Shown here: one piece after another, positions 16,781-25,466 of the stretch
How positions within the stretch are numbered: the stretch's first letter is position 1
Layout: every line of letters begins with the position of its first letter
Notes under the pieces: generated by a model
Database searches by the model: none
Told to the model about the DNA's origin: nothing
The model's input: the letters and a program-made list of their open reading frames with translations, nothing else
Origin: Chthoniobacterales bacterium
GTDB taxonomy: Bacteria > Verrucomicrobiota > Verrucomicrobiia > Chthoniobacterales > JACTMZ01
Length of the DNA stretch: 34,882 bases
Assembly (NCBI GenBank): GCA_017853515.1
Contig: JAFMJK010000003.1
Coordinates: 1 to 34,882, forward strand
Direction: 5' to 3'
Program-made: the position numbers and the translations under genes

Positions 16781-18885
16781 GCGGCAACCCAGAGCTTGAT
16801 GAAGATGGGAATGATCAGGATGGCCACGATGTTGACGACCTTGATCATGGGGTTCACCGCGGGGCCCGCCGTGTCCTTGTATGGATCGCCGACCGTGTCG
16901 CCCGTCACGCTGGCATCGTGGGCGGGAGAGCCCTTGCCGCCGTGACTGCCCAATTCGATGTATTTTTTGGCGTTGTCCCACGCGCCGCCGCTCGAGGTCA
17001 TGGCGATACCGATGAACAGCCCGGTGACGATCGTTCCGACCAGCATGCCTCCGAGCACCTTCGGACCGAAAAACGGCAACCAGGCAACAGCGACCACGAC
17101 CACCACCGGCAGGATGGCCGGTATGATCATTTCGCGCAGCGCCGCCTTGGTCACGATGTCGACGCACGTGCCGTATTCGGGCGTGTCGCTGCCGTCGAGA
17201 ATACCGGGCTTGGCCGCGATCTGCCGTCGGACCTCCTTGACCACGGCGCCGGCCGCTTTGCCGACGGCATCGAGGCTGAAAGCCGAAAAAATGAAGGGCA
17301 GGCCGCCGCCGATGAACAGCCCGATGATGACGTTGGGATCCTGAAGATCGAACGCGAGGTTGAACTGCGCGCCGAGTTGCGCGTAGGCATTTTTGAGTTC
17401 CTCGACATAGCTGCCGAAGAGAACGAGCGCGGCGAGTCCCGCCGAAGCGATGGCATAGCCCTTGGTCACCGCCTTCATCGTGTTGCCGATGGCGTCGAGA
17501 TCGTCGGTTGTGTGACGCACGCTTTTGTCGAGTCCCGCCATGACCGCGATGCCGCCGGCGTTGTCCGTGATCGGACCGAAAGCGTCGAGCGCGATGACGA
17601 TGCCCGACATGGAAAGCATGGCCATCACGGCGATCGCGATGCCGTAGAGTCCCGCGAAATTATACGACAGCATGATCGCGATGCCGATGAAGGCCACGGG
17701 GAGCGCGGTGGCATGGAGTCCGGTGGCCAATCCGGAAATGATGTTGGTGGCGTGGCCCGTTTCGGAGGCCTGCGCGATCATGCGCACGGGCCGGTGGTTT
17801 GTGGATGTGTAGTAGTTGGTGATGAGAAGCACGACGTAGGTCATGACCAGACCGATGAGCGACGCGCCGAAAACGCTGGCGGCCGAGCAGGCTCCTTTGC
17901 CGTGGATTTCGACGCCCTGCGGGAACAGCACCTGGGTGAGGGGCCAAAAAGCGATGGCGGAGAACAGGGCGCTGGTCAGCACGCCCGCCTGCAGAGCCTG
18001 GCGCGGCGCGAGGTTGATCGCATTGGTCAGAATAATGGCGACGACGGCTCCGATCACCGAAACGCCGCCGACGAGAAACGGATAAACGAGAGCGGCGGGG
18101 GAAGCGTCGCCCGTGGCTGTGAGTGATCCGATGAGAACCGCGCCGATCAGCGAAACAGCGTAGGTTTCGAAAACGTCGGCTGCCATGCCGGCGCAGTCGC
18201 CGACGTTGTCACCCACGTTGTCCGCGATGGTGGCCGGATTCCGCGGATCGTCCTCCTCGAGTTTGCTCTCGATTTTGCCGACGAGATCCGCCCCGACATC
18301 GGCGGCTTTGGTGTAGATTCCCCCGCCGAGCCGCGCAAAAACCGAAACGAGTGAACTGCCCAGCGCCGTCCCGACCAGGGCGTCGAGCGCGGCGCGCGAC
18401 GGGTCGGCCGCGCCGGTGAAATGGCTGATGCCGAGATACATCAGCCCCACGGAAAGAAGGGCGAGCCCGACGACGAGAAGTCCGGTCACGGCGCCTCCAT
18501 TGAGGGCCACGCGCAGGGCCGCGCGCGGGGATTCGGTCGCCGCTTGGGCGGTCCGCACATTGGCCCGCACGGCGATGGTCATTCCGATGTAGCCGGCGGC
18601 CAGAGAGCAGACCGCGCCGACGAAAAATCCGATGGCGGATTCCATACCGCGCCCCACCCAGACCAGGCCGATGATGATGACCGCGATGGTGCCGACACTG
18701 ACGATCTGACGGTTCAGGTAAGCCTTGGCTCCCTGCTGGACGGCGTGCGCTATCTCGCGCATGCGGTCGTTGCCGGAAGGTGCAGCCAAAACCCAGCGTA
18801 TCAACCAACCGGCGTAGGCCAGACCGAGCAAAGCGCAGGCCAACGAGATGAGCAGACCATCGGAAACAAGCGATATCTTGTGCAT
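16777..18885 (-). CDS. hppA: Membrane-integral H+-translocating pyrophosphatase, K+-independent type
   Basis: Motifs GGIYTKAADVGADLVGKIE, EDDPRNPATIADNVGDNVGDCAG, GPITDNAGG, GNTMKAVTKG, GGAWDNAKK, GDTVGDPYKDTAGP. Start set at MHKISL (ATG 18885). Confidence 0.95.
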   Translation of the reverse strand: MHKISLVSDGLLISLACALLGLAYAGWLIRWVLAAPSGNDRMREIAHAVQQGAKAYLNRQIVSVGTIAVIIIGLVWVGRGMESAIGFFVGAVCSLAAGYIGMTIAVRANVRTAQAATESPRAALRVALNGGAVTGLLVVGLALLSVGLMYLGISHFTGAADPSRAALDALVGTALGSSLVSVFARLGGGIYTKAADVGADLVGKIESKLEEDDPRNPATIADNVGDNVGDCAGMAADVFETYAVSLIGAVLIGSLTATGDASPAALVYPFLVGGVSVIGAVVAIILTNAINLAPRQALQAGVLTSALFSAIAFWPLTQVLFPQGVEIHGKGACSAASVFGASLIGLVMTYVVLLITNYYTSTNHRPVRMIAQASETGHATNIISGLATGLHATALPVAFIGIAIMLSYNFAGLYGIAIAVMAMLSMSGIVIALDAFGPITDNAGGIAVMAGLDKSVRHTTDDLDAIGNTMKAVTKGYAIASAGLAALVLFGSYVEELKNAYAQLGAQFNLAFDLQDPNVIIGLFIGGGLPFIFSAFSLDAVGKAAGAVVKEVRRQIAAKPGILDGSDTPEYGTCVDIVTKAALREMIIPAILPVVVVVAVAWLPFFGPKVLGGMLVGTIVTGLFIGIAMTSSGGAWDNAKKYIELGSHGGKGSPAHDASVTGDTVGDPYKDTAGPAVNPMIKVVNIVAILIIPIFIKLWVAA

Positions 18886-18910
18886 AAGAGAAGTGATGAG
18901 GGGAAACGGG

Positions 18911-18938
18911 AAGTTACCGCCGCGCCTGCGGCGGACAA
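18911..18938 (-). promoter_or_regulatory. Putative internal promoter TTGTCC-N16-TAACTT upstream of hppA
   Basis: Minus-strand TTGTCC at 18938-18933 and TAACTT at 18916-18911, followed by a pyrimidine-rich leader without a Shine-Dalgarno sequence. Confidence 0.45.
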
Positions 18939-18967
18939 GGCGAATTGCCGGGTCCCCCGACAACAAA

Positions 18968-19978
18968 TTACGCACCGAACCATTCGTCGGCCGAGCGCGA
19001 GCATCCGCGCGGCAAAGCGGCGGGGTCGCGTCCGAGCAATTCGAATGCGTCGCCGCGTTTGATGGCCAGATCCCGCGTGCGGATGCCGACGACCGATCCG
19101 ACATTGGCCGCATCGTAAATGAGCACGATGCCCGTTTCGCCTTCGCCGACCTCCTCGAGGGTGACCGGATCGGCGATGACGGCCCGGGCCCAGAACGGGC
19201 CGCGATGCAACCCCCGGGGACCGCGGGCGTAGAACTGCGAACTCAGCTCGGTCATGCCGTATTCGTTGCAGATGTCCGCGGGGTCAATGCCGAGCTTGTT
19301 GCCGAACAGCGCATAGAGGTCGGCCCGGGAGATGGTTCTGCCGCTCCCCTTGTATCCGCCTGTTTCCATCGCGCACGAACCGGAGGGAAGCCGGAGGGAA
19401 ATCTTTTGCCGGTCCATCGACTCGAACAAATGCAAAAACCCGAGCGCGGTGCCGAGGAGACAGACCGGTTCCCCGAGGGATGACAAGCGTGCGAGATCGA
19501 TCACCCCTTGCGGCGCGATGAAACTCTCGCGCGGCGCGAGCACGCCGAGCATGTGGCTGAGCGAAGAGTGCGGGGCTTCGTCGGGATGCGGGGCGATGAC
19601 GAGAAAAGGTCCCCGCGGCATACCGGCCAAGCGCCATCCCTCGCGCACCGCGGTCTCATAAATCTCCAGCGTGCGGAAATGGTGCTGACCGAATCCTTCG
19701 CCGGTTGTCCCGCTGGTGCGGAAAGTTTTGGCCGTTTGCCCGGCGGGGAAGCTGCGCAGGTCCGCGTGTTTGAAAGCTTCTTGCGGGACGCAGGGGATTT
19801 GGCGCCATGATTTCACGCTCTCGCCGACCCCCTGCTGCTCGCAAAAAAGACGGTAAGGCGTGTTGTGACGAAAATGGCACGCATGCAACTGGAGAGCCGC
19901 ATCTCCGAACTCGGCGCGGCGGTCTCCCCGGATCCACGAGAGCACCTGCGCCTCCGGATTTGCGGCTTCTTCCTGCAT
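18968..19978 (-). CDS. LuxE-like acyl-protein synthetase (adenylate-forming)
   Basis: Motifs FRTSGTTG loop, SSLSHM, METGGYKG, NEYGMTELSSQ, TRDLA, ELLGR, C-terminal RGCS acyl-acceptor Cys. ATG 19978 preferred to TTG 20011. Confidence 0.85.
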   Translation of the reverse strand: MQEEAANPEAQVLSWIRGDRRAEFGDAALQLHACHFRHNTPYRLFCEQQGVGESVKSWRQIPCVPQEAFKHADLRSFPAGQTAKTFRTSGTTGEGFGQHHFRTLEIYETAVREGWRLAGMPRGPFLVIAPHPDEAPHSSLSHMLGVLAPRESFIAPQGVIDLARLSSLGEPVCLLGTALGFLHLFESMDRQKISLRLPSGSCAMETGGYKGSGRTISRADLYALFGNKLGIDPADICNEYGMTELSSQFYARGPRGLHRGPFWARAVIADPVTLEEVGEGETGIVLIYDAANVGSVVGIRTRDLAIKRGDAFELLGRDPAALPRGCSRSADEWFGA

Positions 19979-20061
19979 GGCGCTATCCTGCCACCGTCCG
20001 GCGGCGGGCAAACCTCATTTTCTCCTCGCGCGCGGGCGGAAGCGGGGCACATTTTGGACAT

Positions 20062-22887
20062 GTGCGTCTGTGTGTTGTCACTCTTTGCCTCTTGCTGGCG
20101 TCGCTGATCCCGCACACACACGCGGCGGACAAGGTGGCGGCGCAACCGGCCGAAGCCGGCACGGCGCGCGATGTCATTTCGCGCGCGGACACCGCCTACA
20201 ACAACAAGCGTTACGAGGAGGCGGTGGCGGGATACCGCAATTTTCTCGCCGACTTCGGCTCGTCGGCGGAAGCGGCGCCTTGGATGCCCCGCGTGCGCTA
20301 CCACCTGGCTGCCGCGCTCCTGCAATTGCAGAAATACAACGACGCGGTCGAGGCCATCGAGGAAGCCCGCAACATCAAGGAGATGGGCGCGAAAGAAAGG
20401 GAAGATCTCTCTTTCTGGGCGGGCGTGGCTTTGCTGCAGACCGGCAATCACGAGGAGGCGGGCAAAGCGCTGGCCGAATTCCGCCAGGAGTTTCCGCAGT
20501 CCGCCCGCCGCCCGGACGCAGAACTGCTCGCCGCCACCGCGTTGTTGGCCGGGGGAAAAAAGGAGGAGGCGGCCAAGTCGTTCGCCGTCATCCGCAAATC
20601 CCCGAAGCATCCGCATGCCGGGCGCGCCGCGGTGCTTGAGTTGCACTGCCTGATCGAAACGGGTCAGGACAACCCCGCGCTCGAACTTCTTGCCGAGGAG
20701 GGGCCGGAGATGGGCAAAAGGATCAACCAAGTGGCGACCTTCCAGACGCTGGCTCTCGCCCTGGGCGAAAAGCTGCTCGAAGAAGACCGGCCGCGCGATG
20801 CCATCCGCGCTTTGCAGAACGTCTGGGCGCGGGATCGTTTGATCGCCCACCAAAAACGGAAGCTCGAGGAAACCAAGCAGCGTCTGGCCGCGATCGAGGC
20901 CTCGCCCAAGCCGGATGTTTTTGCGCGCGCGCAGGCGAAACAGCTGGTGCGCGAAGTGGAGAAAGAGCTGGCCAACCTCGAAAAGATTCCGTCCTTCGAC
21001 GCTTCGGTCCGCTTCCGTCTGGCCACGGCTTTCCACGCGCAGGAGCGCTACCGCGAGTGCGCCATGTTGCTCGACGATATGTTGCGGCAGATGAAACCGG
21101 ATCCGGTCGTGGAAAAAGCCACGCTCAGCGCCCTGCAAAGTTGGATGGCGATCGAGCGTTACGACCGCGCCATCGAAGCCTCCCAGCTTTTCGAGCAGAA
21201 TTTTCCCGCGTCGAAAAGCCTGCCCCTCGTCATCTACCTGCGCGGCACGGCGCAACAAAAAGCGGAAAAATACGACGATGCCGTGGCGACGTTCTCGGTC
21301 CTGCGCGAAAAATTCGCATCTTCCGAGCAGGCGCCGCGCGCATTTTTCATGACCGGGTTCACGCAGTTGCTGGCAGAGCGCAATGACGAAGCGGCCGAGA
21401 CTTTCCGGCAATTCGAGGAGAAGTATCCCGAGCACGAGTTGGCCGAACCGGCGAACTACTGGCGCGGTTCGGCGCTGGCCTTCGCCAAGAAATTCCCCGA
21501 AGCGCGCGAGGTGCTGGGGGCGCACGCGGAGAAGTTCCCCAAGGGAACGCTGCTCGGACCGGCGGCCTTCCGCCGCGCCTATTGCGCGCAGTCGCTCAAG
21601 GAATACGAGACGGCGGAAGCGGAGTTGAAGGATTACCTGAAAAAGTTCCCCCAAGGCGAAGAGAACGCCGAGGCGCGCATCCTGCTCGGCGATGCCTTGC
21701 TCGCGCAGGCCGAATCGGACGAGGGGAAGAAAGTTTATGCCTCGATCGAGCCCGCGTCGGGGCGTTTCCACGAAGACGCGCAATTCAAGCTGGCCAAGGT
21801 GCTCAAGCTCGAGGAGGACTACGATGGGCTGCGCGACCTGATGCAGAAATACCTGCAGGCCTACCCGCGCAGTCCGCGCGCGGCGGAAGCGCTTTTCCAG
21901 ATCGGGCAGGCGTGGCGCAAACAAGACCAACCCGAGAAGGCGATCGAGGCATACTGGGCGGCCATCGGCGAGCGGGGCAACGACGACCAAGCCTACGCCG
22001 TGGAGGACATGATGCTGGCCCTCGACCGCCACTACAAAGGCGAGTCGGAGAAGCGCGACTTCCAGGCCCGCCTGCGCGCGGTGCGCGAGAAAGCGCAAGC
22101 CGAGGGGCAAAGCGTTCTGACCGTGCGCACCATCTGGGCCCTGGCCCGCAGCGTGAAAAAAACGGATCCCGCGCTGAGCGAAGCTTTGTTGCGGGAGGCC
22201 GGCGCGTTGGCCGAGGCGGAGCGGACCAGTCCGGTGATTCTGGCGGACTGCGCCGAGGCGCAATTCGCCGCCGCCGCCGCTGCCGCGCCCGAGGACGCGG
22301 CCGTGCGCCGGGCCAACGCCGCACAGATTTATCGCGACCTGCTCAAGTGGCACCCGCGCGCGGCGCAGAAAGACAAGGCGCTCGCCGCGCTCGCGCGCAT
22401 CGCTGTCGACGCGGGGGACACCGAGACGGCGCTGGCCTATTACGACCGGCTCGAGCGGGACACACCGTGGTCCTCGCTCATGGGCGAGGTCCTCGCGGCG
22501 CGCGCCGGCATCGAGATGGAAGCGGGGAACACCGACAAGGCGGCGGAGGCATACACGCAGTTGCTCGCCGCGGAAAACGTGCCGAGCAAAATGAAAGCGC
22601 AGGCCCTTCTCGCCCTCGGTGAGATCGAGATGTCGCGCCAGCGGCCGCAGACGGCCATCCCGTATTACCAACGCATCTATGTCCTCTATGGCAAATGGCG
22701 CGAGACCGTGGCGCAGGCTTACCTGCGCAGCGGCGAAGCTTTCGAGCAACTCAAGGATGCCGAGGCCGCGCGAAAAACCTACGAGGAGCTGGCCAACAGC
22801 GAGGACCTCGCATCGCTTCCCGAAGTGCAAACCGCGCGCGAACGCCTGAAGCGGTTTCCCGCCGCGCCGGACCCGTCGTCATCGTGA
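20062..22887 (+). CDS. Large secreted tetratricopeptide-repeat protein (about 940 aa)
   Basis: Signal peptide VRLCVVTLCLLLASLIPHTHA. Many repeats of the form A...F..F...FP.S/YP.S (BamD/CpoB-style TPR). The GTG start at 20062 is inferred. Confidence 0.85.
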   Translation: MRLCVVTLCLLLASLIPHTHAADKVAAQPAEAGTARDVISRADTAYNNKRYEEAVAGYRNFLADFGSSAEAAPWMPRVRYHLAAALLQLQKYNDAVEAIEEARNIKEMGAKEREDLSFWAGVALLQTGNHEEAGKALAEFRQEFPQSARRPDAELLAATALLAGGKKEEAAKSFAVIRKSPKHPHAGRAAVLELHCLIETGQDNPALELLAEEGPEMGKRINQVATFQTLALALGEKLLEEDRPRDAIRALQNVWARDRLIAHQKRKLEETKQRLAAIEASPKPDVFARAQAKQLVREVEKELANLEKIPSFDASVRFRLATAFHAQERYRECAMLLDDMLRQMKPDPVVEKATLSALQSWMAIERYDRAIEASQLFEQNFPASKSLPLVIYLRGTAQQKAEKYDDAVATFSVLREKFASSEQAPRAFFMTGFTQLLAERNDEAAETFRQFEEKYPEHELAEPANYWRGSALAFAKKFPEAREVLGAHAEKFPKGTLLGPAAFRRAYCAQSLKEYETAEAELKDYLKKFPQGEENAEARILLGDALLAQAESDEGKKVYASIEPASGRFHEDAQFKLAKVLKLEEDYDGLRDLMQKYLQAYPRSPRAAEALFQIGQAWRKQDQPEKAIEAYWAAIGERGNDDQAYAVEDMMLALDRHYKGESEKRDFQARLRAVREKAQAEGQSVLTVRTIWALARSVKKTDPALSEALLREAGALAEAERTSPVILADCAEAQFAAAAAAAPEDAAVRRANAAQIYRDLLKWHPRAAQKDKALAALARIAVDAGDTETALAYYDRLERDTPWSSLMGEVLAARAGIEMEAGNTDKAAEAYTQLLAAENVPSKMKAQALLALGEIEMSRQRPQTAIPYYQRIYVLYGKWRETVAQAYLRSGEAFEQLKDAEAARKTYEELANSEDLASLPEVQTARERLKRFPAAPDPSSS

Positions 22888-23777
22888 GAAAGACCGTCGC
22901 CATCTTTGCCGCCGTCCTCTGCGCAGGCGCCGCGCCGCTCGCGGCGCAGGACACCGTCCATTTGACCGACGGGACGAAGCGCAACGTGAAGATCCTCGGC
23001 TTGCAGGCCGAAGCGTATCTCATTTCGCTTCCGTCACCCGTGCCGGGGCAGGCCGCGGGCACCACGACCATGAAGCGCGACACCGTTTCGCGCATCGTTT
23101 TCGGGCCAGATCCGGTTTTGGACGCGGTGGCCGCCAATGTCGTCGCCGGTTCTCTCTCCTCCGCCCGCTCGCGCTGGCAAAACCTGCAGCCTTTCCTCGG
23201 TATTCCGGAATCGCGCGCCGGCGAGGCGGGTTGTCTTGTCGGGGAAATTCTTCTGCTCGGCCCGGACCCCGCGCGCCACGAGGAGGCGCTGGCCGTTTTC
23301 AAGACGGTCGAAGCGGGCGCGTGGAATGTCGGCGACCGCCAGCGCGCGACACGCGGGCGCCTCATGGCCATGATCAAAAAAGGACAACTCGAGGAAGCTT
23401 CGCTCGAGGCGGAACAGATCGAACGCACGGCGGAGGAACCGGATCTGGTCATCGAGATAAAACTGCTCCTCGCCGAGGCCCGCATGGCGTCGCTCAAGAC
23501 GCTCTTGGCCGACAACCCCCGCTGGAACGAGGATCCGCCGGTGCGCGCCGAGCGGGCGCGCCTCATCCACGAAGGCGTCGAATTCGCGCTCTTTCCTTTT
23601 CTTTTCCACGGCACCAAGCGCGCCCAAGCGGCCCGCGGTCTCTGGCTGGCGCACGGGATCTATGTGCTCGCCGGCGACGAACATGCGGCGCGCGAGGTTG
23701 CCACCGACCTCACGTCGATATATTCCGAAACACCCGAGGCGGAAAAAGCCTCGGCCCTTCCCGACAAAAAATCATGA
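22884..23777 (+). CDS. Secreted hypothetical protein with N-terminal DTVHLTDG beta-domain and TPR-like helices
   Basis: GTG at 22884 overlaps the TPR stop (GTGA). Signal peptide ends APLAAQD. Stop overlaps the exbB start. Confidence 0.8.
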   Translation: MRKTVAIFAAVLCAGAAPLAAQDTVHLTDGTKRNVKILGLQAEAYLISLPSPVPGQAAGTTTMKRDTVSRIVFGPDPVLDAVAANVVAGSLSSARSRWQNLQPFLGIPESRAGEAGCLVGEILLLGPDPARHEEALAVFKTVEAGAWNVGDRQRATRGRLMAMIKKGQLEEASLEAEQIERTAEEPDLVIEIKLLLAEARMASLKTLLADNPRWNEDPPVRAERARLIHEGVEFALFPFLFHGTKRAQAARGLWLAHGIYVLAGDEHAAREVATDLTSIYSETPEAEKASALPDKKS

Positions 23778-24577
23778 TCACACCGAAATACATCCGAGTC
23801 CTTGCCCTTGCCGCCCTGGCGTTCCTCGCCGTTCTGGCCGGAGCCCAGGCGCAGGACGCGCCCGCAACACCGCCCGCCGGAAAGCCCGCCGTGGAAAAAA
23901 GCCTTCTCGACCTCTTCTTTGCGGGCGGCGCGCTCATGTGGCCGATTCTGGCCTGTTCGGTCGGCACGATCGCGGTCGGTGTCTACTGCTTCATCCAAAT
24001 CAACCAGAAGAAGATGATGCCGAAGGCGCAGGAATCCGCCGTCTCGCAATGTATGCAACTGCGCGACCCGAACGCGGCCTATCAGCTCTGCCAGAGCCAG
24101 CCCAATGTTTTCGCCAACACGATGAGCGCGGCCTTGCTCAAAGTGAACTTCGAACGGGAATTGGCCAACAAGCTGTCCATGGAACAGGCCGCCGGCGAAA
24201 CGCTCATGCAGGAAGAGCAACGGCTCATGATCTGGGTCAACTACCTCAACATCTTCGCCACCATCGCGCCGATGCTCGGTTTGCTCGGCACGGTCACCGG
24301 CATGATCCAGAGTTTCGACCAGCTGGCCGCGGGTCGGAGCGAACCGTCCGACCTGGCCGGCGGTATCGGCGAGGCGATGTTGACCACGGCGGGCGGACTC
24401 ATCGTCGGCATTCCGGCAATGTTTCTCTTCTTCTACTTCCGCAACCTCCTGCAGGTGGCGATCGGCAACATCCAGAAAGCGGTCACTTTCATGATTGATG
24501 TGCTTTCGGGCGAATTGAAGCTCGAGAGCGCGGTGCATTCGCACGAGGTCGCGGCCGAGGAACCCGCCGAGGAATAG
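23774..24577 (+). CDS. MotA/TolQ/ExbB proton-channel family protein
   Basis: Motifs GGALMWPI, IAPMLGLLGTVTGMIQSF, LAGGIGEAMLTTAGGLIVGIPA. N-terminal signal-peptide-like segment. ATG 23774 in an ATGA overlap. Confidence 0.93.
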   Translation: MITPKYIRVLALAALAFLAVLAGAQAQDAPATPPAGKPAVEKSLLDLFFAGGALMWPILACSVGTIAVGVYCFIQINQKKMMPKAQESAVSQCMQLRDPNAAYQLCQSQPNVFANTMSAALLKVNFERELANKLSMEQAAGETLMQEEQRLMIWVNYLNIFATIAPMLGLLGTVTGMIQSFDQLAAGRSEPSDLAGGIGEAMLTTAGGLIVGIPAMFLFFYFRNLLQVAIGNIQKAVTFMIDVLSGELKLESAVHSHEVAAEEPAEE

Positions 24578-24598
24578 CCCCGCGTCTTTGATCCCGTC

Positions 24599-25006
24599 AT
24601 GAAGATCTCCCGCCGCCCCGACGACGAGATGGGCTTTCAACTCGCCCCGATGATCGACATGACTTTCCTCCTGCTCATCTTTTTCATGGTGACGACGAAG
24701 ATTTCCAAGGAGCAGATCAAGGAGGAGATCAAGCTGCCGGTGGCGAGCAACGCCGTCATCCCGAAGGACATCAGCAACCGCGACATCATCAGCATCGACG
24801 ATCAGGGCCGCTATTTCATCGGCGCCGAGCCGACCGACAAAAAGCGTTTGGCCGACTACCTGAAGAAGCGCTTCGAAAACACGCCGCCCCTGCGCCTTTA
24901 CATCCGGGCCGACAAAACGACGCCCGCCAAAAAAATCAAAGAAGTCATGAAGATGGCCGCGGACGCCGGGGCGATCGATGTGATCTTCGGCAGCTACCAA
25001 ACCTGA
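24599..25006 (+). CDS. ExbD/TolR family protein (copy 1)
   Basis: LAPMIDMTFLLLIFFMV with the conserved TM Asp, IKLP, YIRADK. Confidence 0.93.
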   Translation: MKISRRPDDEMGFQLAPMIDMTFLLLIFFMVTTKISKEQIKEEIKLPVASNAVIPKDISNRDIISIDDQGRYFIGAEPTDKKRLADYLKKRFENTPPLRLYIRADKTTPAKKIKEVMKMAADAGAIDVIFGSYQT

Positions 25007-25009
25007 ACC

Positions 25010-25459
25010 ATGCAAGTCCGCCGTCGCGACCAGCAGCTCGTCGAGATGCAAATGGGCCCCATGATCGACATGGTGTTCCTGCTCCTTGTCTTCTTCATGG
25101 TCACGGCCAAGCCGGTGAAACAGGAAAGCGACATCAGCCTCGGGTTGCCCGGCACGGTCTCGGCGGAGGAAACGGTGGAGTTGCCCGACGAGCAGCGCAT
25201 CCGCATCGAGGACGACGGCAGTGTCGTGCTCAACGACTCCGTGATCGGACCGCCGGCCGACAGCGCGTTGACCGGGCTTGTCGCCACGCTCAAGCGCTTC
25301 AAGGAATCGGCCGACGCGAACAAGGCCGACGCGCTGGTCACGCTGGATGCTTCCGACGGGACCAATCAGCAACGCATCGTCGATGTTCTCAACGCCTGCG
25401 CCAAGGCCGACATCGGCGGTGTGACCTTCTCGGACAGCGCGAGCGAGGAGGAGATGTAG
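25010..25459 (+). CDS. ExbD/TolR family protein (copy 2)
   Basis: MGPMIDMVFLLLVFFMV with the conserved TM Asp, LGLP, IVDVLNACAKA. Confidence 0.92.
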   Translation: MQVRRRDQQLVEMQMGPMIDMVFLLLVFFMVTAKPVKQESDISLGLPGTVSAEETVELPDEQRIRIEDDGSVVLNDSVIGPPADSALTGLVATLKRFKESADANKADALVTLDASDGTNQQRIVDVLNACAKADIGGVTFSDSASEEEM

Positions 25460-25466
25460 CGTTGCG

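Noticed and set aside
16781-17167. N-terminal extension of the LuxC-like ORF
   Set aside because: Overlaps the conserved hppA C-terminus in another frame. GTG 16780 gives a coupled start.
15698-19978. Bioluminescence (lux) operon
   Set aside because: No luxA, luxB, luxD or luxG is present, only the acid-reductase-like components.
19813-22830. 1005-aa minus-strand ORF
   Set aside because: Antisense shadow of the TPR gene, with no domain signal.
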